This document shows positions 24,783 through 37,519 of a DNA stretch of 53,560 nt, piece by piece; position 1 is the first letter of the stretch; every line of letters starts with the position of its first letter. The translations under genes were made by a program, and so were the position numbers. This DNA is from Girardia tigrina (lineage: Eukaryota). The stretch is from contig MQRK01228290.1 in NCBI GenBank assembly GCA_001938485.1, positions 1-53,560 on the forward strand, written 5' to 3'. The notes below the pieces were generated by a model. The model searched no databases and was not told where the DNA came from. It worked only from the letters and a program-made list of their open reading frames with translations.

Positions 24783-25768
24783 TTAAACAATTTTATAAAA
24801 AAATTTTTATTTTGAGTACCGGGATGTACCGGATTTCGGCTCCGACAAAAATCTAACGGTTTTGATGCCGGCCTTCTGCTCACTGTTTACTAACTCTCAT
24901 AAATAAAGCTCTAAAAAAACAAATTATGTCAAAATAAGATCTCAAAAATGATGCGTTTACAAATGCAGTTCTACTGATTTTATTATGGAAGTGACATCTT
25001 ACAGTAATTTTGATTTCATTTTCAAATGATTTTATATTATAAAATGAATTATTTCCCATAAAAGTAAATCGTTTTATACAATTATTTCTATATACAGTAG
25101 TACTCAAGTTTGGAGCAACATTTTCACAAAAATGCCCCCAAAAGTGGCTTTATCTTAAAAAACAGGTTTTTTTAAATTATCAAAACTTTTATGGCAAATA
25201 AAAATTTGTCTACCCCAAAAACCCGACTGGCTAAAAACCCAAATGAATCACACAAACCAAAAATAAAAAATGTTTATATATATCGTAAAAAAGGATTTAA
25301 AAAGTAAGAATTTGAGGCAAAAAAATAAAAAATAAAATAATTTTTTAAACGTTTCAAATTATATAAAATTATGAAACAAATGTAAAAAAAAGGAAAAATT
25401 CATAGTTACAAAAAAATAAAAATTACAATATTATTTATCAGTAAATAATTACAACTAATTTTTAATTACTTTATTTTTTTTAATTTTTTGATTAAGAAAT
25501 TAACCATAATGTAAATAAACATAGAAAATATCCTAAAATAATGACCTGTAAAAAAACTTCACAATATTTTATTGATAAAGTAATAATTTTAAACTAAAAT
25601 AATAAATTCAAAATTCAAATAAAAATATAATTAAGAAAGAAATCGGTTTAATTGCGAAAAGGAGTTGTAAATTGAGCTAACCAAGAAGAGTTCTGCCCGC
25701 ATAAAGCATGGATGTAATTTTTTTTTTGATTTACTAGTTTTAATAATTTTCTTCACTACGATAATCTA

Positions 25769-26607
25769 CGTGGTGCGCTCAATAAGTAGTGAGCCTAACA
25801 TAAAAATAATAATCCGATTACAATGAAATTTATTTTTCATAACAAGCAAGTTATAAAGGTATCATTTCTCAAAGAAATCTCCATTCACACCAACATAATT
25901 TTTCCAGTGCACAACAAGGTCCAGAAAGGCTTTTTCGAAGAATTTCGGTGACTGTTGAGCCAAGAAATTTGAGACTGCATCCTTCAAGTCTTCTTTCGTA
26001 GCAAAATGTTGACCCCTGAGAGCTCGCTTGAGGTGGTTGAAGAGATGATAATCGGATGGCGCCAGATCCGCGCTGTATGGAGTGTGAGAGCAGGGCGAGG
26101 CCACAACCCTCAATTGATGACATTGACAGCCAACTTGTTTGGAAGGGTGCATTTTCGTGCAAATAATATAACTCACAAACTCTGCTCTTCCTTTTCAGCT
26201 TTCTGGGCTGTAGCACTAGCCGGGAGTAGTATTCACTGTTGACACGAACACCAGCTTCCGCAAATTCAGCAAGGATCATTCCATTTGCATCACAAAAAGT
26301 GGTGAGCATGAGAGCTTTTTTGTGAGAGGTTGATGATCGCATTTTCTTCGAACACCCTTCCCCTGGCAGCTTCCACTCTTGAGACTCACGTCTTGATTCT
26401 GGGATATAAAGGCCAAGTGGTGTTTCATCCATTCTCATAATATTCTGATAGAAGCGGTCTTATGCGCTCTCTAACCTAAACACAAATAATAGATTAAAAC
26501 AAATATCACAAATATTACCTTAGTAACTTGCTTGTTATGAAAAAAATATTCATTGGAATCAGAATATTATTTCTATGTTAGGCTCACTACTTATTGAGTG
26601 CTCCACG
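25769..26607 (-). mobile_element. Internally deleted mariner with inverted ends of about 93 bp
   Basis: TA-CGTGG.GC.CTCAATAAGTAGTGAGCCTAACAT at both ends; DET, YLHENAP, PYSADLAPSDY. Confidence 0.92.
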
Positions 26608-27024
26608 TATTATATCATTAATCATATTGTAGTGCCTTAATCACATTTACAAAAAATTTAAGATTTCAAAAATATATTTCGAAAAAAGATTTAATTCAAT
26701 AATGTAAATAATTTCTACAACAATTGAATATTTGAGATCTGTACTGATTGGAGAGATATTAATTGATACGATACCACCAAACAGTTGATCCCAAATATTT
26801 TAATATAAATAATAATAATAATAATAGTAATATATAATTGATTAAGAAATAAAATTAAATACAGATTTTCGGTTGTTGGGATTTTGGCCCGCTTCCAATA
26901 AAAATATATTTCGATTTTTCTTCCAAAAAATTTCTTTTTTCTTATGTTTACTTTGTTTCTTTCTAAAATTTGTTAAATATTTCTCATTTGTTGGGATGAC
27001 ATTTAGTACAGTACTGCTTTAAAT

Positions 27025-27100
27025 CAGTGATTGCCAACCTGGGTGCCGCGGCACTTGTGGGTGCCGCAAGTGTCAGAAAAGGGTGCCACGAGTTCGTGAG
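27025..27100. mobile_element. hAT (Charlie-like) terminus
   Basis: CAGTGATTGCCAACCTGGGTGCCGCGGCAC with repeated GGGTGCC motifs; partner end not found. Confidence 0.55.
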
Positions 27101-27659
27101 ATGTACGAAATTATAAAATAATAAAATTTATATTACACAAATATATAATATATGAAAAATATATAATAAATGAAATTGTACACAAAATATCAATAATATA
27201 GAATAAATATTTAAATTACTTTTACTTTTAATTCATTGATAAATAATAACACTCAGTAAATTCATAGTGTGTATCACGACAGAGACTGTTAGTTATGCCT
27301 CTGTCGACATCCATAAAAAAAATTTTAAGAACAATAATATAAATATTTATTGATGACATTTCAAACAAATCTTCATCTACCATTTTCACTTCACTGATAT
27401 CCAAACTTTTACAATTTCAATCAACTTTTATAATTAGGGTAACCGGGTTGCAAAAAATTACAATTTCTGCAACTTTTTGCAACATTTTCGGTTGTCCTAT
27501 TTATAACTCTAATAAATTTCAATACAATTTTTTTGTTGTAGAGAATGACAATGAATAATAAGTTCCTAAATTGTATTAAATAGAAAAAAACTTGTTTTTC
27601 GCAATAAACGTAATATTCAAACAAAGTATAAAAATCGAATTAACAAGATTATTATTTTC

Positions 27660-29880
27660 GATTATCATCCCATCCCATATCCCCACCAGATTCCTCCGTA
27701 CCCGAATCTCCATCTACTACGTAGTCATCCAAGTATTCAGGCCTTCTTCGCACACGCTTCATGTGGGTAATCACTGGTTCATCGACTTCTTACTCTGTGT
27801 CCCAAGACAAAGCTGTGTTCTTCACGTTCGACTCTTCTCGGCCGTAAATCAGTAACATGCCGAAGGAACCTCGACCCATTACAATCCACTAAATATTTAG
27901 AGTATGATAATTTTTTAATACTTGACCCTTTATCCATTGTTGCGTGCACCTTGTGCTTCCCATTGGTTTCACCCAGACTAATTGATAGTCACAATACATT
28001 GTACCCTTTGTACTGCCCTCTTCTCATTGTCACTTTTATGGCTTACGGGTTTCATAAATTTATAACTGTATATCATCCAACTCGGTGGTTCTTTGTTCTC
28101 CGACGGCTTATTGTTGTACCACCATACTGCTTCTGCAAATGTAATGCTTGATCTCGCCGCAATTCTTTTGATCGTCCTATGGTTTCTTTCAATGATCCCG
28201 TTTCCACCAGGTCGATTGCACGCTCGATAAATTAACTCTACTCCCCATCGATTGCAAACCTAAACAAACTCCTTTGAGTAAAAAGTGGTGTAATTGTCTA
28301 TTAACTATTCGCTGGGGGCTTCGCGTTCAAAACATATAGAATCTATTAACGCTGGAGATGGAGTTCGAACTTTCGTCACCAATTTCTTTCTAAATTGCAA
28401 ATCTGGATGGTCTACAATCGATTAAGCTTAAATACTTCCTGTCATTGTATTTTGTCACATCGATTGCCAATCTATACCAATTCTCCCTTACTGCCACGTA
28501 ACCGTGATTCTATTTTACCGGTGCGGGATCAATTGACTGGCATTTTTGACATTTTGAAATCATGTTCGTGATATCTTTATCCGTTACTTGAGTGTTTTCA
28601 ATCCCACAGAGAAATTTCATTCGTTTCGCTCCCAAATGGCATTTCTTATGAAGGTTGTCTAATTTCCCGATTTCACTTGTCGTGGCCACGCAGCATACGT
28701 TTTTAGTTAATGCCTTAGGTACCCACGTCATCTCATCCCCTTTATTCAGACTGCTCGCTACAAACTCTATCTTTATCATTATGTTAAAATCATCAATCAA
28801 TATATCAATATATCATCAATTAAAATATCAATCACGACTTCTTATTGTAATCAACTTCTCTTTTGTTTTTTCACTCTTTATTTATTGGGTGAAAATATCA
28901 TCAACGTATGATCCAGTGACAGCATTAATCGTTTGATCGGACGACAATTTCCGTCATCATGGTTGGGGCTGTATTGAGACCGAATCTCAGATGTGTTAAT
29001 GCGAACTTTTTTCCGTTGATAATATATGACTGAAACCGCCACATGGCGGGATCAACATGGATTTGCATGTATGCATCAGATAAGTCCAAAATTGCAAAAC
29101 TGTCACTCTTCCTTCTCCACACACGTAACTTTTCTACACAAACGTCTGAAGAACCACTGTAAACATCGATATATTTGTTCAATTCCCTGAAATCGAACAC
29201 GGGTCTTATCTTATCCTTATTCAACTGGGCTATACCATAAATGGGGATCGACCCCACTGACGCGCCCATTTTCTCGTCGTCATATTCTATTAAGTACCCT
29301 GTTTCCATCCATTTATTTAAAATATCCATCGTTGATTTGTCTTTTGGTTTTGACTCCTTCAATACGGTTTTTCTCCACGGTAAATGATCGGGGACATCCT
29401 ATTTCCAATCCCAAGAAACTGTCCACACTTTGTCGAAACGAATCCTGAAATTATGTTTCTTCGTGCCTCCCTCTTCAGTAATTCTAGTCCCAGACAACTC
29501 GACACTTGAACCCGAACTACAAACATTTACTAGATCGGAACTCACCCCAAACTTTACATTCCATTATGGAACACCATTCCTCTTAATTTCGCAATCATAT
29601 CAACACCCAACATTAAATCCAAATTTTCCGGTAACGCATTCATTACAATACAATTTTCGATTACCTCTTTATCATCCACGTTGATCCTTGTTGCCACAAA
29701 CACCTGAGACCCATTAGCCAGAGTAACTTGCTCTCGATTCCGCTGCATCAACGATCCTTCCACATTGCATCTTTTCACGACCGATCGCGAACACTCAGTA
29801 TCCACTAATGCTCTGCAGTTTTTTCCATTGACGATACATCGAATAACTGGAAGCGCCTTTAATCCCTCTGAGAAGCCGCT
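27660..29880 (-). mobile_element. Gypsy pol remnant (PR-RT-deletion-IN)
   Basis: ALVDTECSRSVV; RPVFDFRELN, LDLSDAYMQI, FGLNTAP, SYVDDI; HKKCHLG...CQKCQSIDP; RLAIDVT. Confidence 0.9.
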
Positions 29881-30070
29881 GACGCTGCGGACTCTTCGCT
29901 CACGTTTGAAATTGAAATTTACTTTAATATTATTATGATTTTCTTGGATAGTTTTTTTCACATTTGACAAATACAAGTGAAGAAAAGTGATTAGAAAAAG
30001 ATTGTTTGAACAAACAGAACTTTATTTTGATTGATTGTTGAGGAGAGTTTTTTTTAACAATTTTCTCCAG

Positions 30071-30241
30071 GATTTTGTAATTGGGGCTGTTCTGTCGTTT
30101 TTGTGGCTGGTAATAGCGATTGCCTGGTCGGATGCGGTGCGCACTCTGAGTAGTCTCGTGTCGAATATCTCTCAGTGTAAAAACAGTACTTGCACAATTG
30201 ATTTCACAAAACTACCGTACACGGCGGCTTATATCGGAATT
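30071..30241 (+). CDS. Synaptophysin-family protein, exon 4
   Basis: ctccag|DFVIGAVLSFLWLVIAIAWSDAVRTL...C....C...AAYIGI|gtgagt; matches DF...F.WLV...AW of TM3. Confidence 0.93.
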
Positions 30242-30363
30242 GTGAGTTTAGATTATCGATCATTTATATGTTTATATCTATATATATTTACATTAACGAT
30301 TAAATCAAATGGTAAGTTTGCAATTGGACTCAAATAACATCATTTCCATTTTAAATTTTTATT

Positions 30364-30404
30364 CGAAAACATGTTTCACCACTTTTATGGCTTCTTCAGT
30401 TTTG
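30364..30404 (-). ncRNA. Minimal hammerhead ribozyme motif in the inverted pLTR
   Basis: caaaa-CTGAAGA-A-gccat aaaa gtggt-GAAA-CATG-TT-ttcg; stem I partly decayed. Confidence 0.7.
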
Positions 30405-31063
30405 TATTTAATTAACAAAGTTATTGTTTATCTAGTAATATGACCATTACGTCATAATGTGTTACGTCAAAATACTGTAATATGATTGAACGAATCACTT
30501 TGCACATTTTACCTAGGTTTACAAAACTTTTTTAACAGTGCTTCAGTAATTGTCCTTTCATAATTGTGATCAAAGTTACTAATCAAAACCCTAAAATCAT
30601 TATCAAAGAAATTTTATCTAAAAACTCCGTGCCCAGGATTTTAAACGAATTTTAGAAAAATAGGCCCCAGTAGATGTTACAATTAAAATATTGTTTCTGA
30701 CTAATAAAATTTCTAATTATTTTTCAAAGAAATTCAAAACACAATCGGGTATGAAAGCAAATTTAGTCTACCAATATAAATAGCACAAGTGTAAATCCTT
30801 GGACATTGGAGAGAAAATCATCACATGTGTACTAGAATTACAGAACATACCCACTCAAGTAGAAAGAGCTCAATTTTTGACCACATAGGAGAGTATATGA
30901 TAATGATTATCGGGTTTTGATTAGTAACTTTGATCACAATTATGAAAGGACAATTACTGAAGCACTGTTAATAAAGTTTTGTAAACCTAGTTTAAATGTT
31001 CAAAGTGATTCGTCCAATCATATTAGACTATTTTGACGTAATGATCACCTTGGTAATACAGAA

Positions 31064-32131
31064 TAGAGATGGGCTTTCATCCTTAAAAGTCTCTCAACCC
31101 GATCCGGATTTATTATAATGCGACCCGACCCGACCCGAGTATATTTTATAACAATCCGAATTAACCCGAATGTAAATGAATATTTATTGGACAACAAATT
31201 ATCAGTCTTATTCAAGTAAAGGGAGGCTAATAAAAGGTAACACAAAAAGAATTTTATCTAGGGTAGTTGGTGAAAAATGAACACGTCTTTTAGTTATTAT
31301 AAAACCAGTTTCACTGAAGCTTCTCTTTGATGTTGCAGAAGAAGCTACTCTAAAAATAAGTCGAGAGACTAAACAAAAATGTAAAAAAACTCGAATGTAA
31401 ATAAATCTTTATTGCACTACAAATTATAAGTGACAAAATAAGTGACGACACTTTCACTTACATCAACGAATGACTGAACTAGTTTCAAAGTCTCTATTGT
31501 GTACTGAAGAGCGAATGACCGTTGCTCAGAGATCAGAAAAGTGAACGAATTTTTAGCCCGAGGATCCAGGAAAAAATCAGCGAAATGAATAAGAGAAAGT
31601 CGAATAGTAAGACTTACTACTCGCTTTCCTGTATTTAGTGAAACTTGCTGGCTTTGTTGAGAGCACAAATACTGCACCCCCCTTATCCAGTAAAGTACAC
31701 GGTGGATTGTTGCAGTTCTGTCTCTCTCCAAATCGTTTGAAGCTCGACGAAATTCTGTCAGAAAGCTAATCGAATCATCCAATAGACACTTATTGATATT
31801 GTATTGATATATAATACCATTAAGGAGAACTTCATTGCCACTGTTGATTATTTTTAATGTCAGTTCGTCCCATGTGGATGATACGCTTTCCAACATGACA
31901 AGATCGCTATTGCAACGCACAACAACACTTTACTTTATTCTCGTTGGTAAATCTCGATTGAAGCCGGAACGCTTGGCGTATTGAATTTTAATATATTGAA
32001 TTTATATGTATAAATATTTATATAGAAATTAATTTTCTAAATTTATCTTAAAATGGTGATCACTACATGTCGGTTTTGAAACATTGCTAAATCGGAAATT
32101 TGTCAACCCGGGTCACAATCGCCCATCTCTA
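31064..32131 (-). mobile_element. Non-autonomous hAT element (1068 bp) with a transposase remnant
   Basis: TIRs TAGAGATGGGC/GCCCATCTCTA; 8-bp TSD ATACAGAA/ATGCAGAA; RCNSDLVML (RWNS-like) and FFLDPR motifs. Confidence 0.88.
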
Positions 32132-32134
32132 ATG

Positions 32135-32176
32135 CAGAACTGAAGATGACGCAAAAGTGGCGAAACCTGTTTTCTG
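32135..32176 (+). ncRNA. Minimal hammerhead ribozyme motif at a PLE 3' end
   Basis: CAGAA-CTGAAGA-T-gacgc aaaa gtggc-GAAA-CCTG-TT-TTCTG; perfect 5-bp stem I. Confidence 0.72.
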
Positions 32177-32235
32177 ATAAAAAAATTCAAATTGAAATGG
32201 TTTTATTTGANNNNNNNNNNNNNNNNNNNNNNNNN

Positions 32236-32266
<31 letters not shown>

Positions 32267-32432
32267 TATAATGGTGTGTGTATATATTTAACAAATTGAG
32301 CGAGAAAATATCATCCAAGTAACAATTACCCTCATGTTTATTATATCAATAAAAATGAACATTTGGTATTTTTATATTACAATGTAAAAATCATTTTTAT
32401 AAATTTGGGTTTTTTTTTAAATATTTTTAATC

Positions 32433-33739
32433 TAAAGGGTGGGCCAAAAGTAAGTACACAATTTATTCTGTTTAAATTTTTTTTTCAGGTTTACTTTTAT
32501 TTAAAATTTTTTAAATTATTTTATTCCACGGGCCTTGAATTTTTATCATGCCAAGATACACAACGGAGCAAAGAATATTTATGTTCGAATCTTCAATAAA
32601 ATTCAATAATTCAATTATTTTTGTTCAGCGCGAATTTCAAAAGCGTTATAAAACTAAAAATGTTCCAGAGAGAAGAACAATTTTAAATATTTTAAATAAA
32701 TTTTTGACTTCTGGATGTGTGGTAGATTTGCCAAGATTTTGGCGTCCTAAGATTGTGAGATCCGAAGAAAATATCCAACGCGTAGAAGAAAATGTTCAAT
32801 TCAAACTAAGATTATCGAAAAGAAAACGTTCGAGTCATCTGAATATTTCGATGACATCTCTTAGGCGAATTTTAAAAATTGATCTGAAAATGAAAGCATA
32901 CAAAATTCAGATCTGCCAAAAACTTCAACCGAATGATTTTCAGAAACGAGTTCATTATTCTGTCAGAATTCTGCAAATGGTGGTCGAAATTACAGATTTC
33001 ATTGACAAAATGATAATGACTGGTGAAGCTCACTTTTGGATGGGTATATAAATAAACAAAATTGAAGTTTCTGGTGTTCAGAAAATCCCATGGAGGTTAT
33101 TGAACAAACTTCAAGTCCCCCAAAATGCACAGTGTGGTACGGTATTACTTCTGAAGCAATAATTGGGCCTTATTTTTTCGAAGATACTGATGGTCACCAA
33201 ATCAATGTGAATGGAATAAGATATCGTCAAATGATCAGAGAGATTGTTTTACCATTCATCGAAAATAAACCGGATATGTGGATCCAACAGGACGGGGCCA
33301 CATGTCACACTGCAAATGAGATTATGAATTTGCTAAGAGATAATTTTGGTGACAGAATTATTTCAAGACGTGGTAACATTTAGTGGCCTCCCAGATCTCC
33401 AGATCTTAACGCACCTGATTTCTTCTTATGGGGTTATCTAAGAGACTGTGTATACAAAAGAAACCCAAGTCCAATATCAGATCTAAAGAAAATTATAACC
33501 GAGGAATTAAGATCGATTAAGCCATCAGTTTTAAACAGGGTAATGGAAACTGCCCTAGAAAGATGTAGAATTTATCAATCGAGAAATGGAAAACACCCAA
33601 ATAATGTAATCTTTAAAAGATAAATTAATAAAATATAACTTTTAAAGTTTATTTTTGTTTTATTGTTTGTTAAATTTAATAAAAGGAAAAGAAACTATAG
33701 GTTAAATAAATTGTGTAGTTACTTTTGGCCCACCCTTTA
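32433..33739 (+). mobile_element. DD41D (rosa) Tc1/mariner element, full length, transposase pseudogene 32548-33623
   Basis: TIRs TAAAGGGTGGGCCAAAAGTAA.TACACAATTTATT; EAHF, IIGPYFF, QQDGATCH...WPPRSPDLNAPDFFLWG with 41 residues between the last two Asp. Confidence 0.93.
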
Positions 33740-33869
33740 TAAAAAAACATTATTTTGCTTAAAATATATATTCACTATATTAGCATTTTATATTATCCAA
33801 TCAGAATTCTGATAAAGAAAATTTCTGTGTTTGATACAGACGATTCAATTAGATTTGAAAGTTTAATAA

Positions 33870-34170
33870 TTATTCTCTCAATGGATGTATTGAATTTTCG
33901 GTTCGTGACAATTAGGCACAGAAAAAATAAATGATAATATTTAGGTAATAGTAAAATTCATAAAAAAATAAGAACAAAAATAAACATCGACTTTTAATTG
34001 AGTTTCATTTGTTTACCAAAGAACGTTGGAAACGATGAAAGGACAAACAATTATGCAGAAGCTGCTCATAGACGTCTTCAAGTACAATTTAGAATTGATC
34101 ATTCTACAATATGGAAGTTCCTAGATGGTTTAAAAAGAATCCTTAAAATTAATGATCAAATACTTAAATA
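33870..34170 (+). mobile_element. MULE transposase C-terminal remnant
   Basis: RTNNYAEAAHRRLQ...HSTIWKFLDGLK. Confidence 0.75.
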
Positions 34171-34189
34171 GTTTAATTAACGATACGAG

Positions 34190-34719
34190 AAACACGATCA
34201 TTGACGAAGAGTTCCTCAAGAAGAAGAGCCGGAGGGATTCAATTGCCATCTATGCCGAAAGAACTACAAGACCAAAGAATGGCTCATCAGACATTTCAAA
34301 ATAGCACACAAAATTGAAGAAGAATAATTAGTCCAAATCTTTCTGAGCAGAACCAATCAACAATCAAGTCCAGACAATCATAGAATCAACCACTGAACGC
34401 GATACCAGAAGACAACGCAACTGAAGTACCAATCGTCTATCCGAATGCTGCTTCGATAGGAGAGTCAGAAGCGAGTCCTTTAGGAACCTATCTGGACTAC
34501 CGCCTTACAGATCTAACTGCGAGAGGAACCTATAAATTCCCGTTTCGTGGATGTGTAAAGTCCACGTACGCAGCCACAGGGATGCATGAATTATGGGACT
34601 ACTCTCCATGACTGGTCGTTTCTGACTGGATTGCCAAAGCGTGCGCGGTTTGGGTGGACCATCTAAAGAGCCTATAGGCTCAATACCATTCTTGAAAGAG
34701 ATGAGAGGCCAGTGCGATA
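34190..34719 (+). pseudogene. Decayed ORF with a C2H2 zinc finger, possibly the N-terminus of an REL-clade non-LTR retrotransposon
   Basis: FNCHLCRKNYKTKEWLIRHFKIAH; second finger-like YKFPFRGCVKS; several stops. Confidence 0.5.
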
Positions 34720-34727
34720 GTTTAATA

Positions 34728-35393
34728 CAGTGTTTCTCAACCGGTGTGTCGCGACACACTAGTGTGTCGTAGTTGTGTCGCGATGATTTGCTTGATAATA
34801 TGCAATACTCTTAAATTTTATATAATAATTTTCAAGATTCAACTTTGTAGTGTAGACTCTACACTGTAGACCAGTGTTTCTCAACCCCTGTGTCGCGACA
34901 CATAAGTGTGTCACGAGGTTGATGCAGATGTGTCGCAAAAATAAATCTAAACACGGTTAGGGTTATGGTTATTTAAAAAAAAACATTTTTTATAAAAAAA
35001 TATTCTTTGAAATATTTGAAATTCAAAGTTAAAATATTTAATTATCAATCTACTTAATTTTTAAAATTTTCAATTTAATTTCAGTTCAAAATAATTTTTA
35101 AGACCATTTAAATTTTGATTTTTGAACTAAATTAAATACCTTCTCATATAATTGTTTACATAATTGCAATTTATTTAATTGATCAATATGTATTGTAAAA
35201 ATTACATTGAGCATTTAGAATGTTAATTTTATTTGTTTCAAAAAATTCGCAAAATATTATAAATAAATCAATTTCATATGTATAAAAATGTGTTATTATT
35301 TCGATAAAGAAATGCCTTTTCATTTGTGGTGTGTCGCGAAAATTTAACGGTCATTTAAGTGTGTCACTAACTCAAAAAGGTTGAGAAACACTG
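34728..35393. mobile_element. hAT (Charlie-like) MITE with a second internal left end at 34872
   Basis: TIRs CAGTGTTTCTCAACC / GGTTGAGAAACACTG; perfect TSD GTTTAATA; GTGTCGCGACAC subterminal motifs. Confidence 0.92.
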
Positions 35394-36059
35394 GTTTAAT
35401 AAGTTATGATCATTTAAATTTTCTGCACCCAATTGTCCGGTTTCGTCGAATTTTAATGAAATAAATTGTTACTTAGATGATATATATATATAGGGTTTTT
35501 CGATCTACTTTGAAATCTTTTCAGTCAATCTGGAAGTTTTTCGATCAATATGGAAATTCTTGTCACCAATGTGGAAAGTTAAATTTATCTAAAACAGAAT
35601 TTACCCATTAAACCTTAGATTTTTATGATTATAAAATTTCAAACGAATAGTTAAATGTTTGAATTGTAATATGATACGTTGAAAATTATAATCTATAAAA
35701 ATTATTTCAAGAATAAAAATTCTTAACCACCTTTCATTGATCAAATGCACATCTAAAAATATTATTTTCTAATAATTTCTCTTAAAAAAATCTTTAGATT
35801 AAAAATTTTACAAGTGAAAAAAGAAAAAAAATACAACATCAACAAACATTTATTCAATTATCTCTTGCAACAACTCACCTCTTTGCACATATCCCAACAT
35901 CTTCCGATAAAAACTACTGCAATGCTCTTGCGTTATTTCTCCAAACTACTCACTTATCAACCTTCGTAATTCAATTTCAGAAGTTGCGCCACTTCTTTGA
36001 TTTTCCAAACCGAAAATACGTTTCAATTATATTTAGAAACGGAGAGTATGGAGGTAGAT

Positions 36060-36462
36060 ATGAGGTTGATCGAAAATAATGGCGGTTTTGGGACACAAAC
36101 TTCAAAGACGTGCAAATTCACAGAAACAAAAGTTTATTAATCAAAGTATGAACCGTTGGCATCAATACATTTTTGCCAACGATAAACAAGTTGTTTTATT
36201 CCATCAGCTTAAAATGCATCGGTTCTCGAAGCGACGAATTCTTGGAAGGCATTTTGAGCATCATTTTGGTTTTTGAAAATTTTTTCACGTAGGAAGTTGT
36301 ACAAATGCCGAAAAAGTATAAGTCCGTTGGCGAGAGGTCTGCTGAATATGGTGGATGAAGCAGGGTTTCATAGCCCAACTCATTAAGCCTTTGAAGAGTC
36401 ACTTTTGAAATATGAGGTCTAGCGTTATCATGAAGAAGGATGGGACTGTTTCGATTGACCAA
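36060..36462 (-). mobile_element. mariner 3' fragment, same family as 1946-3228
   Basis: Near-identical to 1946-2335; LLHDNARPH..HPPYSADLSPTD. Confidence 0.92.
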
Positions 36463-36856
36463 TGTAATATTATATTACACAGAAGCTATCTCAACTACGC
36501 CATGACCTTCGAGTGTTTTCGTCACAATCCAGCTCCTGTCATCATTGGAAACCGTGAGTTTCCTCAGTTTAGCCCTTGGTGGTTGGTCGGTACTCCTAGT
36601 GGTGCTACTTGCACTTTCTAGATTCATCCTTTCCCCAAGTAAACTTTGCTTCAAGTCGTCCAGTGTTTGTGTTTGAATTAGTCACGAGGGTTGTTAATAT
36701 AAATAATAAATAATGATTTCCAAAATTGACAGTTTGGTCGCAAAACTTTCCATATTGATCGAAAAAATTTATTTATCAATATTATCGGTTCAAAAAAATA
36801 CTTCATCGATAAATAATAAATCGATATAATCGTGGATTTTTGTGTGGTGACAATAG

Positions 36857-37048
36857 ATTGCCTGTTTCACTGGTTTCGGTTTGTTCTTGAGTGGCCTCTG
36901 GTTCCTCTGGAAGGAGACCAGCTGGTTCCAGCAAACCAACAAGTCTGAATCGAGTCACAACGCTTACGTTTCCAATGACAACGGGGATCCCAACGCGGGA
37001 GAACAGCAGCCACAGTCGCAATACAGCAGCAACAAACCCTACTATTAA
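36857..37048 (+). CDS. Synaptophysin-family protein, exon 5 (last coding exon)
   Basis: aatag|IACFTGFGLFLSGLWFLWKETSWF...QSQYSSNKPYY*; LWF..KET is the synaptophysin TM4-end signature. Confidence 0.92.
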   Translation: MACFTGFGLFLSGLWFLWKETSWFQQTNKSESSHNAYVSNDNGDPNAGEQQPQSQYSSNKPYY

Positions 37049-37519
37049 ACATTCGTACACATTTCCTTTCTCTCTGTCTCTCTCCGTGTCCAATAATCAA
37101 TCACTATTTGTATATTTATTGATTGGTTTCACAATGATGGTGACAATTATAACTATGGTAAACTTGATTACTTACTGCCACAAAAGACACGCATATGCAA
37201 ACACCGCCTTATGATTATTGCTTACTGATTGTCTCGTGAGATCGATCAATTATTTATTCCTTCTTGTCTTCATTCACTCATCCAATCAATATTCCATTGT
37301 GTCTTCATGTTGTACTATTTCGCTATTTATTGATGTAATCGCAGTTTTATTCCTGGTTTATTTTTTCACGTTCTTTTAATCGATCATTCGAAACGATGAC
37401 TTTATTTTACTTTGTTTTTGACGGTGTTATAATTATACAGACATTCGAATATTAACATTCACACTTATCAATTATACGTTCGTGTGAGTGACTGGCGATT
37501 TAAATTTATGGATGTTTTC

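Larger units (their letters stand above)
30330..32210 (+). mobile_element. Penelope-like element with an inverted pseudo-LTR, interrupted by a hAT element
   Basis: 30330-30605 is the reverse complement of 30898-31063 plus 32140-32210; GIY-YIG remnant NLVYQYK..KCKS..IGE...ERTITEALLIKFCKPSLNVQ. Confidence 0.88.

Noticed and set aside
36803-37214. Three overlapping ORFs
   Set aside because: Shadows of synaptophysin exon 5, which is in another frame.
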